Positions 13,776 through 26,472 of a stretch of 64,000 nt of DNA are shown piece by piece (position 1 is the stretch's first letter; each line of letters begins with the position of its first letter). The stretch lies in the NCBI GenBank assembly GCA_964234715.1, contig OZ174289.1. One strand, given 5' to 3'. This DNA is from Podarcis melisellensis (Eukaryota). Position numbers and translations under genes: made by a program. Under the pieces are notes generated by a model. It did no database searches, was not told the DNA's origin, and worked only from the letters and a program-made list of their open reading frames with translations.

Positions 13776-16169
13776 CTGCCACAGAAAGGAGAGTACATTT
13801 TTAAATCAAAGAGAGACCGGAGGGGGAGGAGCCAAATCTCCCAGGATGTTTTATGGCAACAAATGGGGCACTTCAAGACATCAGTTCCCGTGCTTCCAAA
13901 ACAAAACCCTCAGTCTTCACTCTAATAAAAGTGGCCACTTAAATCCAGAATGCAATAAATTAGGGCTGAAGGGTCCAATACAGTTTTAAAATCAGTAACT
14001 CAGACCAACTAAAACTTAAGGTGGAAGCAAATTTAAACTGAAAGCATGTTAAAGTACAGGCACACTTAGTACTTAACTTTGTGGGTTTTTTTAAATTCCA
14101 TTTTAGTGCTGGAGTTGAAAAACGTGGAAGACCATCTTTCTGTTCAGCATTCAGTGATAGCTTTCATTTATCAAACTGTAAAGCTGCTACATTTCCTACC
14201 TCAAAAAGTCACCATGCGGGTCTGTCACCAAACCAGAACCCTCCAAGAATCATTATCAAGCCTTCAAGTATTGCTGTAATTTTTAAAAGAAAGGATTTGA
14301 GCTTGATAAAACCCACAAGCCCCACCCTATTGCTCCTTCAATTTTAGCCAAGTCATGGTCCTTGTAGCCTTATAAAGACAGAGGACCCACCTCCCCTTGG
14401 TAATTTGAGGACTGCATCAGAGTACCCAGTTCTTGTCTGCCAATTGTGTTCAGAAGCCCAAATGTTAATCTACAGAAAGTGTTTCCTTCACCACTGGTCA
14501 AACTTGAGGCCAGGCCTTATACTCATCATTCTAGCTTTCTGTGGTGGGGTGGGGTAACAAGAAGATGACTCCCTTCCACAATTCCATAAATTGTTACCCT
14601 CTTACGGAGCCAGCAAGTATAAGAAGCACTGGCTGCCCTTATTTTGTTGTTAAACATTGTTAACACTTCCATGATAGAAGTTGCCTTTGGACCTTACCAG
14701 GCATTCAAAGCAAAACCACTGTCAAAAAGAAACCATTATTAGGTGGAGTTAGAGAGAGGGGAGGGGGAGAGACAGAGAAATATAAAAGTAGAACAGAGGG
14801 AAATGAAGAGGGGATTTTAAGGAGAAACATGCAATTGTTATTTGTTATTTGGGCTGGAACAACCTTGGCAGGTTGGCAAACAGAAGTGAGCTCAGTCCAT
14901 TGCAACAATGAGGGGGGGCTCAAATAAATCAATAATGTATGAAATGTTGCTTTGTTATCTCCCTTTGAAGATGGCTTTGTTGTTGCCAAGCCAGCTTCTA
15001 AGGCTCTACCTATTAACCCGCCCAAAGGTCATGGCCGGAGCAGCTGAAACAAAGCCGCTGGGAAAATGGCATGCAGAAACTATTTTCTGATCTTGGCCAT
15101 TAGGGGAATGTTCATAATTAATAACTGTAGTAAATAACTATGAAGAACTCCCTCTCTCACTGGCAGACAAGGCTGCATTCTCTTATGTCCACACCAGGGC
15201 ACCAATATAACAGAAACAAAGTATTTATCAAGCATATCTACAACAGCTGAAATTTAGAGATTGTAACAATACAGTCTTCACTAATGGTGCACTCCGAATA
15301 TTTTGGACTACATCTCCCATTAGCTCCTGCTAGCACAGCCTGATGAATAATGTAATAATAATTTACTCATAAATGTCCATGACTGTTATAAAGACAGGCT
15401 GCAGCTAAGAAGATACTTGTTTCTGCCCCTTGGTATTCCCATATTCATTCTTGGCCTCTTTCTTCTGGGCCTTGTAAGCAAGGTAGGTGCTGGTTGCTAG
15501 CTGTGCAAATAGGTCTGAAGTGAAGATGTGGATTGCTGATGGTATGGAGGCATTTATGGTTGCCCTATAGCAATGAATATTCTGGGGCAGGGTGGGGAAC
15601 TCTGCTAGCCTAAACACAGTCTGTTACCTTCCCCTCCCTTTTAACTTCCCAGTGGGGAAGGCTCCACCACTCAATAGGAAGAGCACATTCTTTGCTGGCA
15701 AGGGGTCCCAGGTTCAATCCCTGGCATCCCCAGCAAAAAGGATAGGGAAGATCCTTTCTCTGCCAGAAATCATGGAAAACCATTGCCCTTCAGAACAGAA
15801 CGGCAAGAAGCCTGCTCCGGTATAAGGCAGATTTCCAGAGTCTTGTCGCGGGGTGGAGCTTGGTAAAACCAAACAATTAACCTATTTGTCTAGAGCTCTC
15901 ACATCTTTTGGTATAGGCAATCATTAGCTGGACATTTTATAGCCTTCAATGTAAAGTACGGACACAACATGTGCTGCTTATGGTACATTATACTTTGAAG
16001 GGTTAGCAATCTGTCCTTGTACCCCACCCTGCTCAAATAATGTTGGGCTTTGTAATGCTAACCTTTTAACTGGTCAGAGTTGGTTGTTAAAAACACTGCT
16101 CAACTCTACAGCTAGGATTAGGCATTTTCACTGTGTGGGGGAAAAAGAGAATTCTTTCTTGGTTCCATA

Positions 16170-16790
16170 ATGCTGGCATTTGCTTTAACATAAATTAATG
16201 AAAGGCCCCCAAGCTTTAAATGCAATAAGTGAAGGTGCATCTTTTTACATGCTGCATTCCCAGGACGACACACGGCTGTATTGTATATATTGCACTTAAT
16301 ATTACCTTGTCAGTCAGGAAGCAATAATACATTAATGAAAGCCAGCAAATAATTACTGTGGACAATCCAATTATGGCTTTATTAACAGTTTCATAATTGC
16401 AGAATCTCTATACGTCAACCATATTGTCCGCGGATATATAAGAATCTGGTGTTTATGCATACCTCTGGACCAATCAAACAACAGCCATCACTAATAAAGG
16501 CTTGTTTAATTCTCACAGTAAAATTTTAATATCCCTGCAGCCTGGGGAAGGCTCAGCGAGTGGATTTGTCGGATCGTTTCCACCCTGCTAGTCCCACTAC
16601 TTCTTAATCTTTAATATCAAGGCAATTAAAATTAATGGCCACTCATCCAAAGCCACTGTGGGCAGTGTTGCCTTGACATCCGTTGTTTGATGGGATTACC
16701 TAGAGGTTAAACTAACAAGCAAGGTTTAATTGGAAGCAATGAAAGGAGCAGTGGATCATACGTTATGTTTAACCCGCATTCCACATCCAA
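16170..16790. promoter_or_regulatory. Candidate conserved non-coding element/enhancer in intron 5
   Basis: About 600 bp without recognisable repeats, dense TAAT/ATTA motifs and retained CpGs. Conservation inferred. Confidence 0.5.
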
Positions 16791-17522
16791 ATGAATACCC
16801 AAGCCAAAGCTAGTCCCCCACCCATCCACTCCCATCAAAAATTGTACACAGAATTTTTCAATTTATTACTTCACTTTCTTATTTCATGCAACCCAACCCA
16901 TTTTCCTGGAGCTAAATTCCAGGAAAGCAGAAAGTGATTTCTGAAGCCAAGAAATCTTTGCCTTCTTGGTCTTTCATGAAACATGCTTATGGAACAGTCA
17001 CAAGCTCTGCCCACTATCTGGAATGCAGAAAGGGTTGGCAGCCAACAAAGCCACAGTTAACCCCAGGCTATCCTTCACCCCTATTTCTCTCCCCCCCCCC
17101 ACATTCCTCACAGCTGCCTTGAAGCCCCAACTGACCTTTCTACCTGCTAGAATCATGGGGAGAGGGGAGGAGACAGAAAACTTTCTATACCTGCTAAGCA
17201 TCATGCTTCCTTCTGGAAACATCTGGATGAATCCTTTGTAGCAATAGTAGGCATCTGGAGTTTCCCCATTTACTCTGAGATGGTTTGCCACTGACAAGTA
17301 AGACAGATGCACAGAGGCTAATCTCATCCCTCAAGCATACAGATACAGTGGACATTTAAACCAGCTCCTATATGAGCTTCTCTGGATGCCAAGAGTAATC
17401 AGAGGCCTTTCTCTGGGTGCTTCCATCTGCTTTAGAGCCCATTTATGTGAGAAAGGGACTGAAGGCCAACTGCTACCATTGATGCATTGGGTATGTTCTA
17501 GTCTAGAACACACTGTTTACAG

Positions 17523-17652
17523 CAGGGGTGGGGAACCTGTGGCCCTCCAGAGGTTATAAGACTCCCAGTAGCTCTTGCCAGCAAGGCCAGCAAGGTTCAG
17601 GGATTTTGCTAGCGACAGTCCAGGAGTATCTGGAGCGCCACAGGTGCCCCCA
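17523..17652. mobile_element. Short URR1-like hAT MITE (abundant family). Further copies near 20570-20709, 24607-24722, 26830-26962, 31600-31715, 36277-36402, 56915-56990
   Basis: Shared palindromic consensus CAGGGGTGGGGAACCTGTGGCCCTCCAGA...ACTACAACTCCC...CATCTGGAGGGCCACAGG seen repeatedly in the window. Confidence 0.7.
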
Positions 17653-17995
17653 TTATTGGTTCCTATGGTTCCAAATTTTTCCTGAAACTTCTAGGCACTC
17701 TGTATCAGCTACAGAGCACACTGTATATGGCCTAATCTTATGACTGGGGAAATTCAGGGTCTAACATCTCTCCTTGAATCTGCTATTCTCTCACTAAAGG
17801 AAGGCATATTAGCGGGGTAGGAGAGCTAGAAAAAAATCACATTGGGCAACCAATGCATTTAGGAGGCTTAGTTTGATCAGAATTGAGTATACACTTCTAG
17901 AGATAACACAAAGTGGTAAATGAGCCACTATAGCTGCTAGAGGGCCATGAAAATTTGGGCCCTGGGTGTTTTAGGCTCGTCTACCCATGTACCAA

Positions 17996-18340
17996 GGGAC
18001 GTGGGTGGCACTGTGGTCTAAATCACAGAGCCTAGGGCTTGCTGATCAGAAGATCGGCAGTTCGAATCCCCGCGACAGGGTGAGCTCCCATTGTTCGGTC
18101 CCAGTCCTGTCCACCTAGCAGTTCAAAAGCACGTCAAGTGCAAGTACCACTCCAGTGGGAAGGTAAATGGCGTTTCCATGTGCTGCTCTGGTTCGCCATA
18201 AGTGGCTTAGTCATTCTGGCCACATGACCCAGAAGCTGTCTGCAGACAAATGCTGGCTCCCTCGGCCTATAGAGTGAGATGAGTGCCGCAACCCTAGAGT
18301 CGTTGCGACTGGGCCTAATGGTCAGGGGTACCTTTACCTT
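17996..18340 (+). mobile_element. Sauria SINE, near full length
   Basis: tRNA-like head (GGGACGTGGGTGGCACTGTGG...GTTCGAATCC B-box), typical body and an (ACCTTT)n tail. Target-site duplication TACCCATGTACCA (17982-17994) / TACCCATGCACCA (18341-18353). Confidence 0.9.
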
Positions 18341-18744
18341 TACCCATGCACCATCTGATACCAAAGGGGCACCAAAGGGGCACATTGCCAGATGTGAAAT
18401 ATATTGGCATTCTTTTCAGCTCTCCTACTCCACTATACATCCCACCAGTTTCAGGTATATCCATCTGGGGAGAATGCAATAGGTCCTTCCCTTTCCCTGT
18501 GTTTTGTCCTCAAGGAACATTTTTAAGACCAGATGCTAACTCAGGAACATAAGACAATTCAAATTAGAATATTAGGAAGAGTAGCAAAATTGCAGTCACA
18601 AGCAAAAGAGTCAAAAGTGACTTTTTTGGCAAAAAAATAAATAACGTAATGCAAGCTTAACCCATATTGGGTTATTATCTTGACCGTTTCTGCAGAAGTC
18701 AATAAAGAAATCCAAATCTAATCAAGAGATGCTGCAGTCTCTCT

Positions 18745-19400
18745 TGACTAAGGTGCTGCTTGTGCCAATCTGGGAAGACATCACTCTCTGAAAATGGGAT
18801 TTATGAAGACCTTTGGAGTAAGCAGAAAGACTTCTGGGAAGCTTGGCTATATGCTATCTAGCTGGCACTAAACGCATATGGCCAGCTAGGCAGAGACAAG
18901 TTTGTAGTCTGAATATGTGGATGAGGCAATGGTGTCAGAAAGAGGGGTTTGGATTGTTTTGGCACAGGGGAACATTTTGGGACAAGCCTGGTATGTACAA
19001 AAGAGATAGACTCCACTTGAATCAGGATGGGACCAGATTTTTGGTGCTTAAAATAAAAAAGGTAAGAGAACAGCTTTTAAACTGATTGCAGTGGTCAGAT
19101 CCAATTCAAAACAAGTGTCCCCTGTGGGATAAGGATGAAAAAATAATAATGAAAATTTCAGTGGGGTAGGCACAGAACCAGTTCGGGTGTCCATGATAGC
19201 AATTTATAGAGGCCAAAGCACCCCAGGCCAAAACAAAAGTGCCAAAGATTCCTGGAGACAGACGCTGTATCTAAGTGTTTACATGCTAATGCCAGAATCC
19301 TCCAGGCCAAGACAGGTGAATTGGAGTGCTTGGTCGTAGAGGATAACATTAATATAGTGCAGTAACTGAAACCTGGTGGAAAGGAGAGAACCAATTGGAC
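18745..19400 (+). mobile_element. CR1 LINE fragment: ORF1 SGNH/esterase C-terminus plus start of the ORF2 endonuclease (decayed)
   Basis: ORF 18843-19085 contains LNMWMRQWCQKEGF..FWDKPGMYKRDRLHLNQDG. From 19273 it reads KCLHANAR..KTGELECLV, then a frameshift, then VTETWW. Boundaries approximate. Confidence 0.85.
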
Positions 19401-19845
19401 TCTGATAAGGGTTGCCAACGTTTAGGCATTCTCATGCTGGAGAATGTGGTCCTGCAGCTGATTACAATCATGATTCATTTTCCCATTCATATTCGCTACA
19501 GCTGCTGTGGGCTTAATATCAGAGTAAGAGTAATCAAACATTACAAGGTATTGTGGAAAAAGGAACTCAACAGTGGAAACGTTGTTTATGGAGTACTGTT
19601 AAGCAACCAGTTGGGGAGGCCAAGGCAAACTATAGTGTTCTTAAATTTGTTCAGCAGCATGCAAAATGTTTGTATATTACATTATAGCCTGCATTTCTCT
19701 TATCAAGGCACTGACTAGACAGCTATCTGTTTAGTTTTGGCAAGGAGGCTGTATCATGCACCCTCAAGAACTTTAGGGTAGCATTCTTAAAATTTGTGGT
19801 CAGGGAATAGCATCCACATCAGCTTCCTCATGAAGAAGCATATGC

Positions 19846-20470
19846 ACATAAGAAGAGTCCAGCATCATGCTTCTCACAGTGGCCATCCAGGTGCCTCAGG
19901 AAGTCCATAGGTGGGGCTTGAAGAAAATTAGCCTCTTAGCCCTGCTGTTGCCACCCCATAAGCATCTGTTACTGAGTGCATACTGCCTCTGAATCTGGAA
20001 ATTCCATACAGTCACTGGAACTAGTAGCTATTTATAGGTCTATCCTCAGTGAATTTGACTAATCCTCTTTTAGAGCTGTCTAAGCTAGTGGCTGTCACCA
20101 CATCTTGTGGTAGCGAATTCCATCAATTAATTAACAGCTCTGTCCATCCTGGATCTCCTGCTCAGCCATTTCACTGGATAATTCCTACTTCTAGCATTAT
20201 GAAATAAGAAAAGCTTCTCCCTGTCCACAGTGCATAATTTTATAAACCTCTATTAGATCCTCTAGCCCAGTCTCTTTTTCTAAGATAAAAAGCCCCAAAT
20301 ACTTAAGACTTTCCTTTTAGGGAAAGAGCTCAAATCCCTTCATCATTCTGGATGCTCTTTCCTAGCTCCATAGTATCCTTTTTTGAGGCAAGGCAACCAG
20401 AACAGTACAACGTGTTCTAAATGTGATAGCCCCATGGATTTATATAAAGGTATTATAATACTAACAGCTT
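19846..20470 (-). mobile_element. CR1 LINE 3' end (ORF2 tail plus 3'UTR), decayed
   Basis: Reverse complement ends in the ...TTCTTATG tail. Typical squamate CR1 3' motifs (ctaatcctcttttagagc, catcttgtggtagcgaattcc, gcaaccagaacagtac). Boundaries approximate. Confidence 0.7.
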
Positions 20471-20717
20471 TCCTAATTTTCCTACTTGGAATCTGTCAAC
20501 ATTTTCATTTTGTTAAACAGAGATTTCTGGAACAAATTCCTAGGGCACACCCTTCATTACCTCATACACCTGGGATGGGGAATCTGTGGCTCTCCAAATG
20601 TTGCTGCACTACAACTCCGGCCATTCTTGACCACTGGCCATGCTTGCTGGGGCTGATGAGAGTTGGGAGTCAAACAACATCCGGAAGGGCCATAGGTTCC
20701 TCATCATTGCCATAAAC

Positions 20718-20952
20718 CAGGTATGTCCAAACAGGTACATCACTGGATGTCTGCAGTAGATCACTGGTAGATCATTGGCTCCCCCCAAAGAAGCTGAACA
20801 ACTGTTTTGCTCCCCTAAAAAAAGCTCAACATTTTACCTCCTCCCTGAAAAAACTCAACAACTTTGACCTGAAACTCCAAAAAGGGGGTAGATCACTGCC
20901 AGTTTTTAACTCTGTGAGTAGATCGCAGTCTCTTGGGAGTTGGCCACCCTTG
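20718..20952. mobile_element. hAT MITE
   Basis: 8-bp TSD CCATAAAC / CCGTAAAC; repeated GTAGATC subterminal motifs at both ends; internal diverged ~30-bp repeats. Confidence 0.8.
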
Positions 20953-22566
20953 CCGTAAACTAAAGAATATGCCTTGGAACACATCCAAGGCTCCATAATG
21001 CAGTGAGAGACTGGTGCCAGTTGTCAGCTGTCCTTCAGAAAACCTATCTGCCATTACACATGTTATCAATGAGGAATCACTGAACAGTATCCAAAGAAGT
21101 GTAGAAAACAGTTTGAAAGCTACTGCTTTAAGAAAACAAACAGAAGATAAAATAATTCCAGAAGTATTCTAAATGTTTGACTCATCTACAAATCATTCTG
21201 GGAACTATTATCTTCACATCTCTCTCAGTTCCTTCATGTGTTAAAAGTTAGTTTAGTTTGTGTGTGTGTGAGCACAAGCCAGTGTGTACAAGATAAACCT
21301 ATTTAGTAGCACATTTTTCATTAAAACAAACTATCCCCACATTAAAAAAGAACATCATTCGGCTCCCAATCACTGAAGGCCAATTAATTAATTGGGCTTA
21401 ACTGTATATTACATTTCAAACAATACCCTTGCACTTATTTATCATGTTAATTACAATGTTAAATAAAAAAGGCAATAAATTATTACTTAAATCATCAAGA
21501 TGCACAACTGTAGGGAGGTTGTGGCTCCGATTATCCTCCCTGACAAGGACTATTACTTGCAGAAAAGAAAAACATTTGATCTGAGACAGCGATGGGGATC
21601 ACTGAAGCATCATTATTAAAAATAAAAAAGCAGGGGAAGACTGCAAATTTATGGACCACAAACTGCAGGCAAAATTTCTTGTTGCACTTCTCCGTGTTTA
21701 TCTGCAGTGCATGCTTTATGCCCTGCTCCTAGTTAAATGTTAACAGATTATGAAATTTGGAAAAGTGGAGTTGCATTTCTGGTCTTTTTAAAGTGTTTTT
21801 TAAGTTGGGGTCCATTTCCATGATACTGTTTTATTGCTTTTATGTTGTGCTTTTGTAGAGAACTCAAAATACTTTTAAATATTAAGTGGCTTTTAAACAA
21901 ACAAACAAAAAAGAATGCCCAGGTCCTGGAAGGGTGTGGGGAGAAGAGGACCAACTCCAATCTTTTGCTCCCTGGTCTGCTCTCCTCACCTGAAGGCCTA
22001 CTGGCCTCCACAAATGCCTGCTTGCATACTAAGATTTTCAATAGAGGCCCTTTTCAAAGTGCCTTCTGTAGCCGAAGCATGGAGGGTGGTTACAAGGGAA
22101 AGGTCCTTCTCGGTGACAGTGCCCTTGATTGTAAATTCTCCCCAGGACAGGTGGCCTGCCACCTACCTTGATGTAATTTCTGCCCCTTTCTGCTTTTTTG
22201 TGTTTTGTTTGCTTTGTTTTTTAAATATGAGTTGTTTTGTCTCTGCAGCTTTGTTTTATTTTTCTTTAATTTCATTGTTTATTGTTAATTAAATAATTAA
22301 TTGCATAATCTCAAAACAGGCTTCTTAAATGGGTTACAAAGCATAAAAATTTGCCACTGTTATTTTGATTCTTGGTAAGCTGCCCTCACACCTTGCTGCA
22401 AAGTAGGGTTAAAATCCCTGAAATAGAACACACACACACACACACACACACACAAAACAGAATGCCAGCTCCCTCTTTATAAAAGTTTCAAATATTTAAC
22501 TTAACATAGCTGCCTAACTCCTCCCCCCTCCACACCCATACTTGTGCTTGAAGCCATGTTACATTA

Positions 22567-22827
22567 CAGTGGGCGCTCGGGTTGCGAACGTGATCCGTGC
22601 GGGAGCCACATTTGCAACCCGCAGCGTCTGCAACCTGCAGCTCTGTGTCTGCGCATGCAAGGGTTGCAACTCGCCGCTTCTGCGCATGCGCAAAGCGCGA
22701 TTTAGCATTTCTGCGTGAGCGTGTGCGCCGAAACCCAGAAGTAACCCGTTCCAGTACTTCCAGGTTTCGGCGAATCCATAACCAGAAAACACACAACCTG
22801 AAGCATCTGTAACCCGAGGTATGAATG
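22567..22827. mobile_element. Tc1/mariner-type MITE, second family (CpG-rich)
   Basis: TA-flanked, CAGTGGGCGCTCGGGTTGC ... GTAACCCGAGGTATGAATG. Homologous, same orientation, to 27240-27462. Confidence 0.8.
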
Positions 22828-25800
22828 TATTAGCAAAGAAGTGCTCTGCTCTTTCATAGGGGGTCTCCCAGAAACGGCTAGAGAAACTTCACACAGTTGC
22901 AGCCGCAATAACCAGGAAGGACATGATACTTCCTCCTCTCTCACAAACACACGCAGAGCAGAAAGATCTAAATTATGGACAACAATGCTCTGTATGGGAG
23001 AAATTCCCTCCTCCCTAATACTGCATCTCCCATGATATTAAAATGAAATTGTGTTTGATACTCATTTTAATAAATACGTTTGGCTTAATATGGTTCTTGA
23101 AAAGTCTGATCTGTGTATTATTTTATATGTGTGTATCCAAACAGACTCCATCCATCTGCTCTCTGCAGCTTAATGCTAAGTGAAACCACAAACGCTTCCT
23201 AAACTCAGGAAAACTGGGAGCAGCAGAAAGAGGAAGAAGTAGGCCATGGAAACCACAAACAGTAAACAGGCTCTCCCCAGTATGTATTTGATACTGGGGA
23301 TAGAATTTTTTTGTATTCCTCAGAGATGCTAGATCAAATTATTTTTAAGCTCAGCTCCGACTGGCAGCAGCCTGCCAGGGTCTCCAAAATAAGGTGTGGG
23401 TGTCTATGAATCACCAAACACACAGCCTTTCTGTTCAATAAAAAAGGAGTCCCATCTACGATTACAAAGGAGCATTGGCTCTTGCAGAGTTTAATCAGGC
23501 TCAAATAGTTTGTTCCTTTCTAGCATGTAACTCTGATTCATTTGAGAAGGCCTTTTTCTTTTAAAAAAAAATAAAAAAAAATCATATCATACATGAATCA
23601 CGCTTTTAAATTCTAATTAGTGTCTATCGGCACAAGTTCTCCCATCAGCCAGAAGGCCTGAGACTCAGAGAAAGCTTTAGGAGCGCAAAGTAAGTGGAGT
23701 GGAAACAACACACCCTGGGGCTGTTTAGCTTGTCCAATTGAGCCAAGACAGGAGGCTCCTGTTTGTGCAGGGAGAGGGGGGTTTCTTCAGCACACACACC
23801 CCAACACACTCCCAGTTCTACAGAGGACTCTGGGCCTGACTATTTCAGTTCTGTGATTGTATGAATGAAACAGCCAAAGGGCAAATTGCAGCATACCCTG
23901 CTAAGCAAGGCTTCCTAAGTTTCTGCTGAGAGACAAGAATGAGGATTGGGGTGGGGGAGTGAGGAGAAGCGTGCATCCATCTCTTGCCCCCAGGACAACA
24001 AAAACTTGGTGGAGCAGCAGCAGGCGGCAGCTGTGGAGTTGTGCGGAAAAGAGGATATAATGACTGAGTGTGAAACGAGAAGAGATGAACATTTAGAGAA
24101 GAACAAAAAGCTTTCTGCAGGCCTCTGCAAGGCAATGTTTCTTTCCTGGAAACTTTCTTAATTACTGTGTTTGGGGGCAGGGAAAACAAGGAGGTGAAGG
24201 TTCATTTTATGTCTGCTGTTGAAGGAAGTTGTAAAAGGTGAAATGCCTGTACCACAAGCACCTTGTCTGCTTCATAGCTGTTACCAATAGTAACAACAAA
24301 TATTAATAAAAAGCAAACAGCAACAGCAGAAATTCATACTGAGCAATTATATAACACTCTAGGATGCATGCATTTAGGACTTCTCTGCATGTAATATCTT
24401 ATCTCAGAAAGCTCCAGAACAGCCCTTTAAAGGACTTCCATTGCCTTTGTTTATGAGGTTGATAGTTTTATACTAGAAATTTCCATTCGGTACATGGGTC
24501 AAAGCCAAGAATGACTACCTCATGAAGGGCAATTTGTTTCTCCAAGGACAATGCCACAAGCACTACTGCTTGAATCTGCCACAATTGCACCAGAGATTTA
24601 TTAGCCCAGCCTTTGTCAACCTAGTGCCCTCCTGATCTTTTGGAATGCAACAGCTGTGCTGGCTGAGACTAATGGGAGTTGTGGTCCAAAACATCTGGAG
24701 TGCACCAGATTGGCAAGAGCTGCATTAGCCAAACCCCACATCGTCTCTTATTTCTTACACGCTAAAGTTGGGCTGCTAATCAATCTGAAAGAACAGAAGT
24801 TGCAAAGACCAAAAGCATCTGGAGAGCCAAGGTTGAGGAAGCCTACTATAAACTGAAGAACAGCCATGTTTGGTCAGACCAAAAATCTAGGCAGCCCAGA
24901 ACTGGCCAGATTCCCCGAAGAAAGTTCACAAGCTGAGTAATATGGTGATTGCCTTGGGAGTGCCTGTGGACGAGTAGCACAATGCAGGTTTCTCATGCAC
25001 AAGGCTCTTGGATATATCTCTGGCATCTCCATTTTAAAAGGATCAAGTAGTAGGAAAACCTCAGACCTCTACTGGAGACCCTAGAGAGTCACTGTCAGCC
25101 AAAGTGCACAGTATTTTTTTAGCTAGACCAAAGGTCTGATTTGGTATAATGCAGCTTCTTACCTTTCACCACATTCATTTAAAGGAGCCACATTGAAAAT
25201 CAGAGTATGTGGGCTGTTAACAGATCTCCACACAAAAACTCCAATTGATTTTTTATTATTATTAACAAGCAATAACTGCAGCTATGTTTTTCTTCTCCAA
25301 ATGAAATGTGACATACTATTATTATAAATACTAACAATGGAAACAAAAAATAGTTACTTCATATTCATGTGGCTTTTTGCAACTATGGACTGGCCCCCAA
25401 CTGCCCTCTGGGAGAATGTCACAAGGGCAAATTCTGACTGAGTCAGAAAGACAGAGACAGTGAAAGGCTAAAAGAGAGTCCACAGGAGTAGTGAAAATGG
25501 TACTAATACTCTGACACTTCTAAACTGAAATGTCAGTACATTTCCAATGTTTTTGTTAAAATTAAATATCATGAACCAATAGTGATAAATTGGAGTGTAT
25601 AAGTATTTATTTTTGTTACTCAGCATGGTGCATTTGTAAATTTGTTAAAGCTGAAAACATCAACATTAGAAATGCATCCTTCACCACTTTATGCTCTATT
25701 TCCATACACAACCACCAGAAAGATGCAGAATCAAAGTTCCATGTTTGTGGTGCTGGGAGATTTGCTTTTTTCTTTCTTTCCAAACATTGCTGGTGCAGCA

Positions 25801-26164
25801 TGCAGTTCACATTAAAGACAACTGTGATGCCTTTAGAGCCCTTAGACGTTAAGCTGTATGTTTGGGCATGAATAGAAATCTAAAACTCTCCCCACAGCTA
25901 AGTCATCTCATCTGAGACAGGAGACACAGATCCCGCTGCAGTATTTTAAGCCTGTGACACTTCTAATGTACCAAGTGCCTCAGTCGTTTTGTCTACTAGA
26001 CTTTTATTGCTACAGCACAAACAGCTGTCATTGAACTGTTACCAAAGGGCTGCATTCTGATTGGCTATGAGTAAGAGGCTTTGTGTAGGCTTTGGCCAAT
26101 TGCAGGAAAATTGACCCAAAAATACATTTCGTCTTACTGATTCAATGTTTAATGTTGAGCAATC

Positions 26165-26174
26165 TGATTGACAG
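26165..26174 (+). promoter_or_regulatory. PBX-MEIS/PREP decamer TGATTGACAG
   Basis: Exact match to the canonical PBX/PKNOX-MEIS heterodimer site; function untested. Confidence 0.45.
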
Positions 26175-26254
26175 GTAATTACTTATTATTATTTATTTAT
26201 TAAATGTCTTAGTTGCCTTCTACAATAGATAGTATCAGGTAAAGATTTTGTATT

Positions 26255-26472
26255 ATAGAACCGTGAAGAGTAGTTAAGAGTGTCGGATCAGGACATGGGA
26301 GACCACGGTTCAAATCCCCACTAGGGCATGAAACGCACTGGGTGACCTTAGAGCGGTCACTGCCTCTCAACCTAACAGGTTTGTTGTGAAGATTAAACAG
26401 AGGTGGAAGGAACATGCATGCCACGTTAAGCTGCTTGGAGAAAAAGGTGGGATGTAAATGAAATGAAATAAA
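26255..26472 (+). mobile_element. MIR-like tRNA-derived SINE
   Basis: B-box GGTTCAAATCCC, core ctgggtgacctt..gtcactgcctctc..gttgtgaagattaaa and an L2-like (TAAA/TGAAA) tail. Confidence 0.75.

Noticed and set aside
17996-18075. tRNA-like A/B boxes (also at 26255, 35900, 49760)
   Set aside because: These are SINE heads, not intact tRNA cloverleaves.
18745-20470. Plus-strand CR1 5' piece and minus-strand CR1 3' piece as one twin-priming inversion
   Set aside because: The geometry is wrong (the inverted part lies on the tail side) and ~450 bp of unrelated sequence separates them; likely independent insertions.
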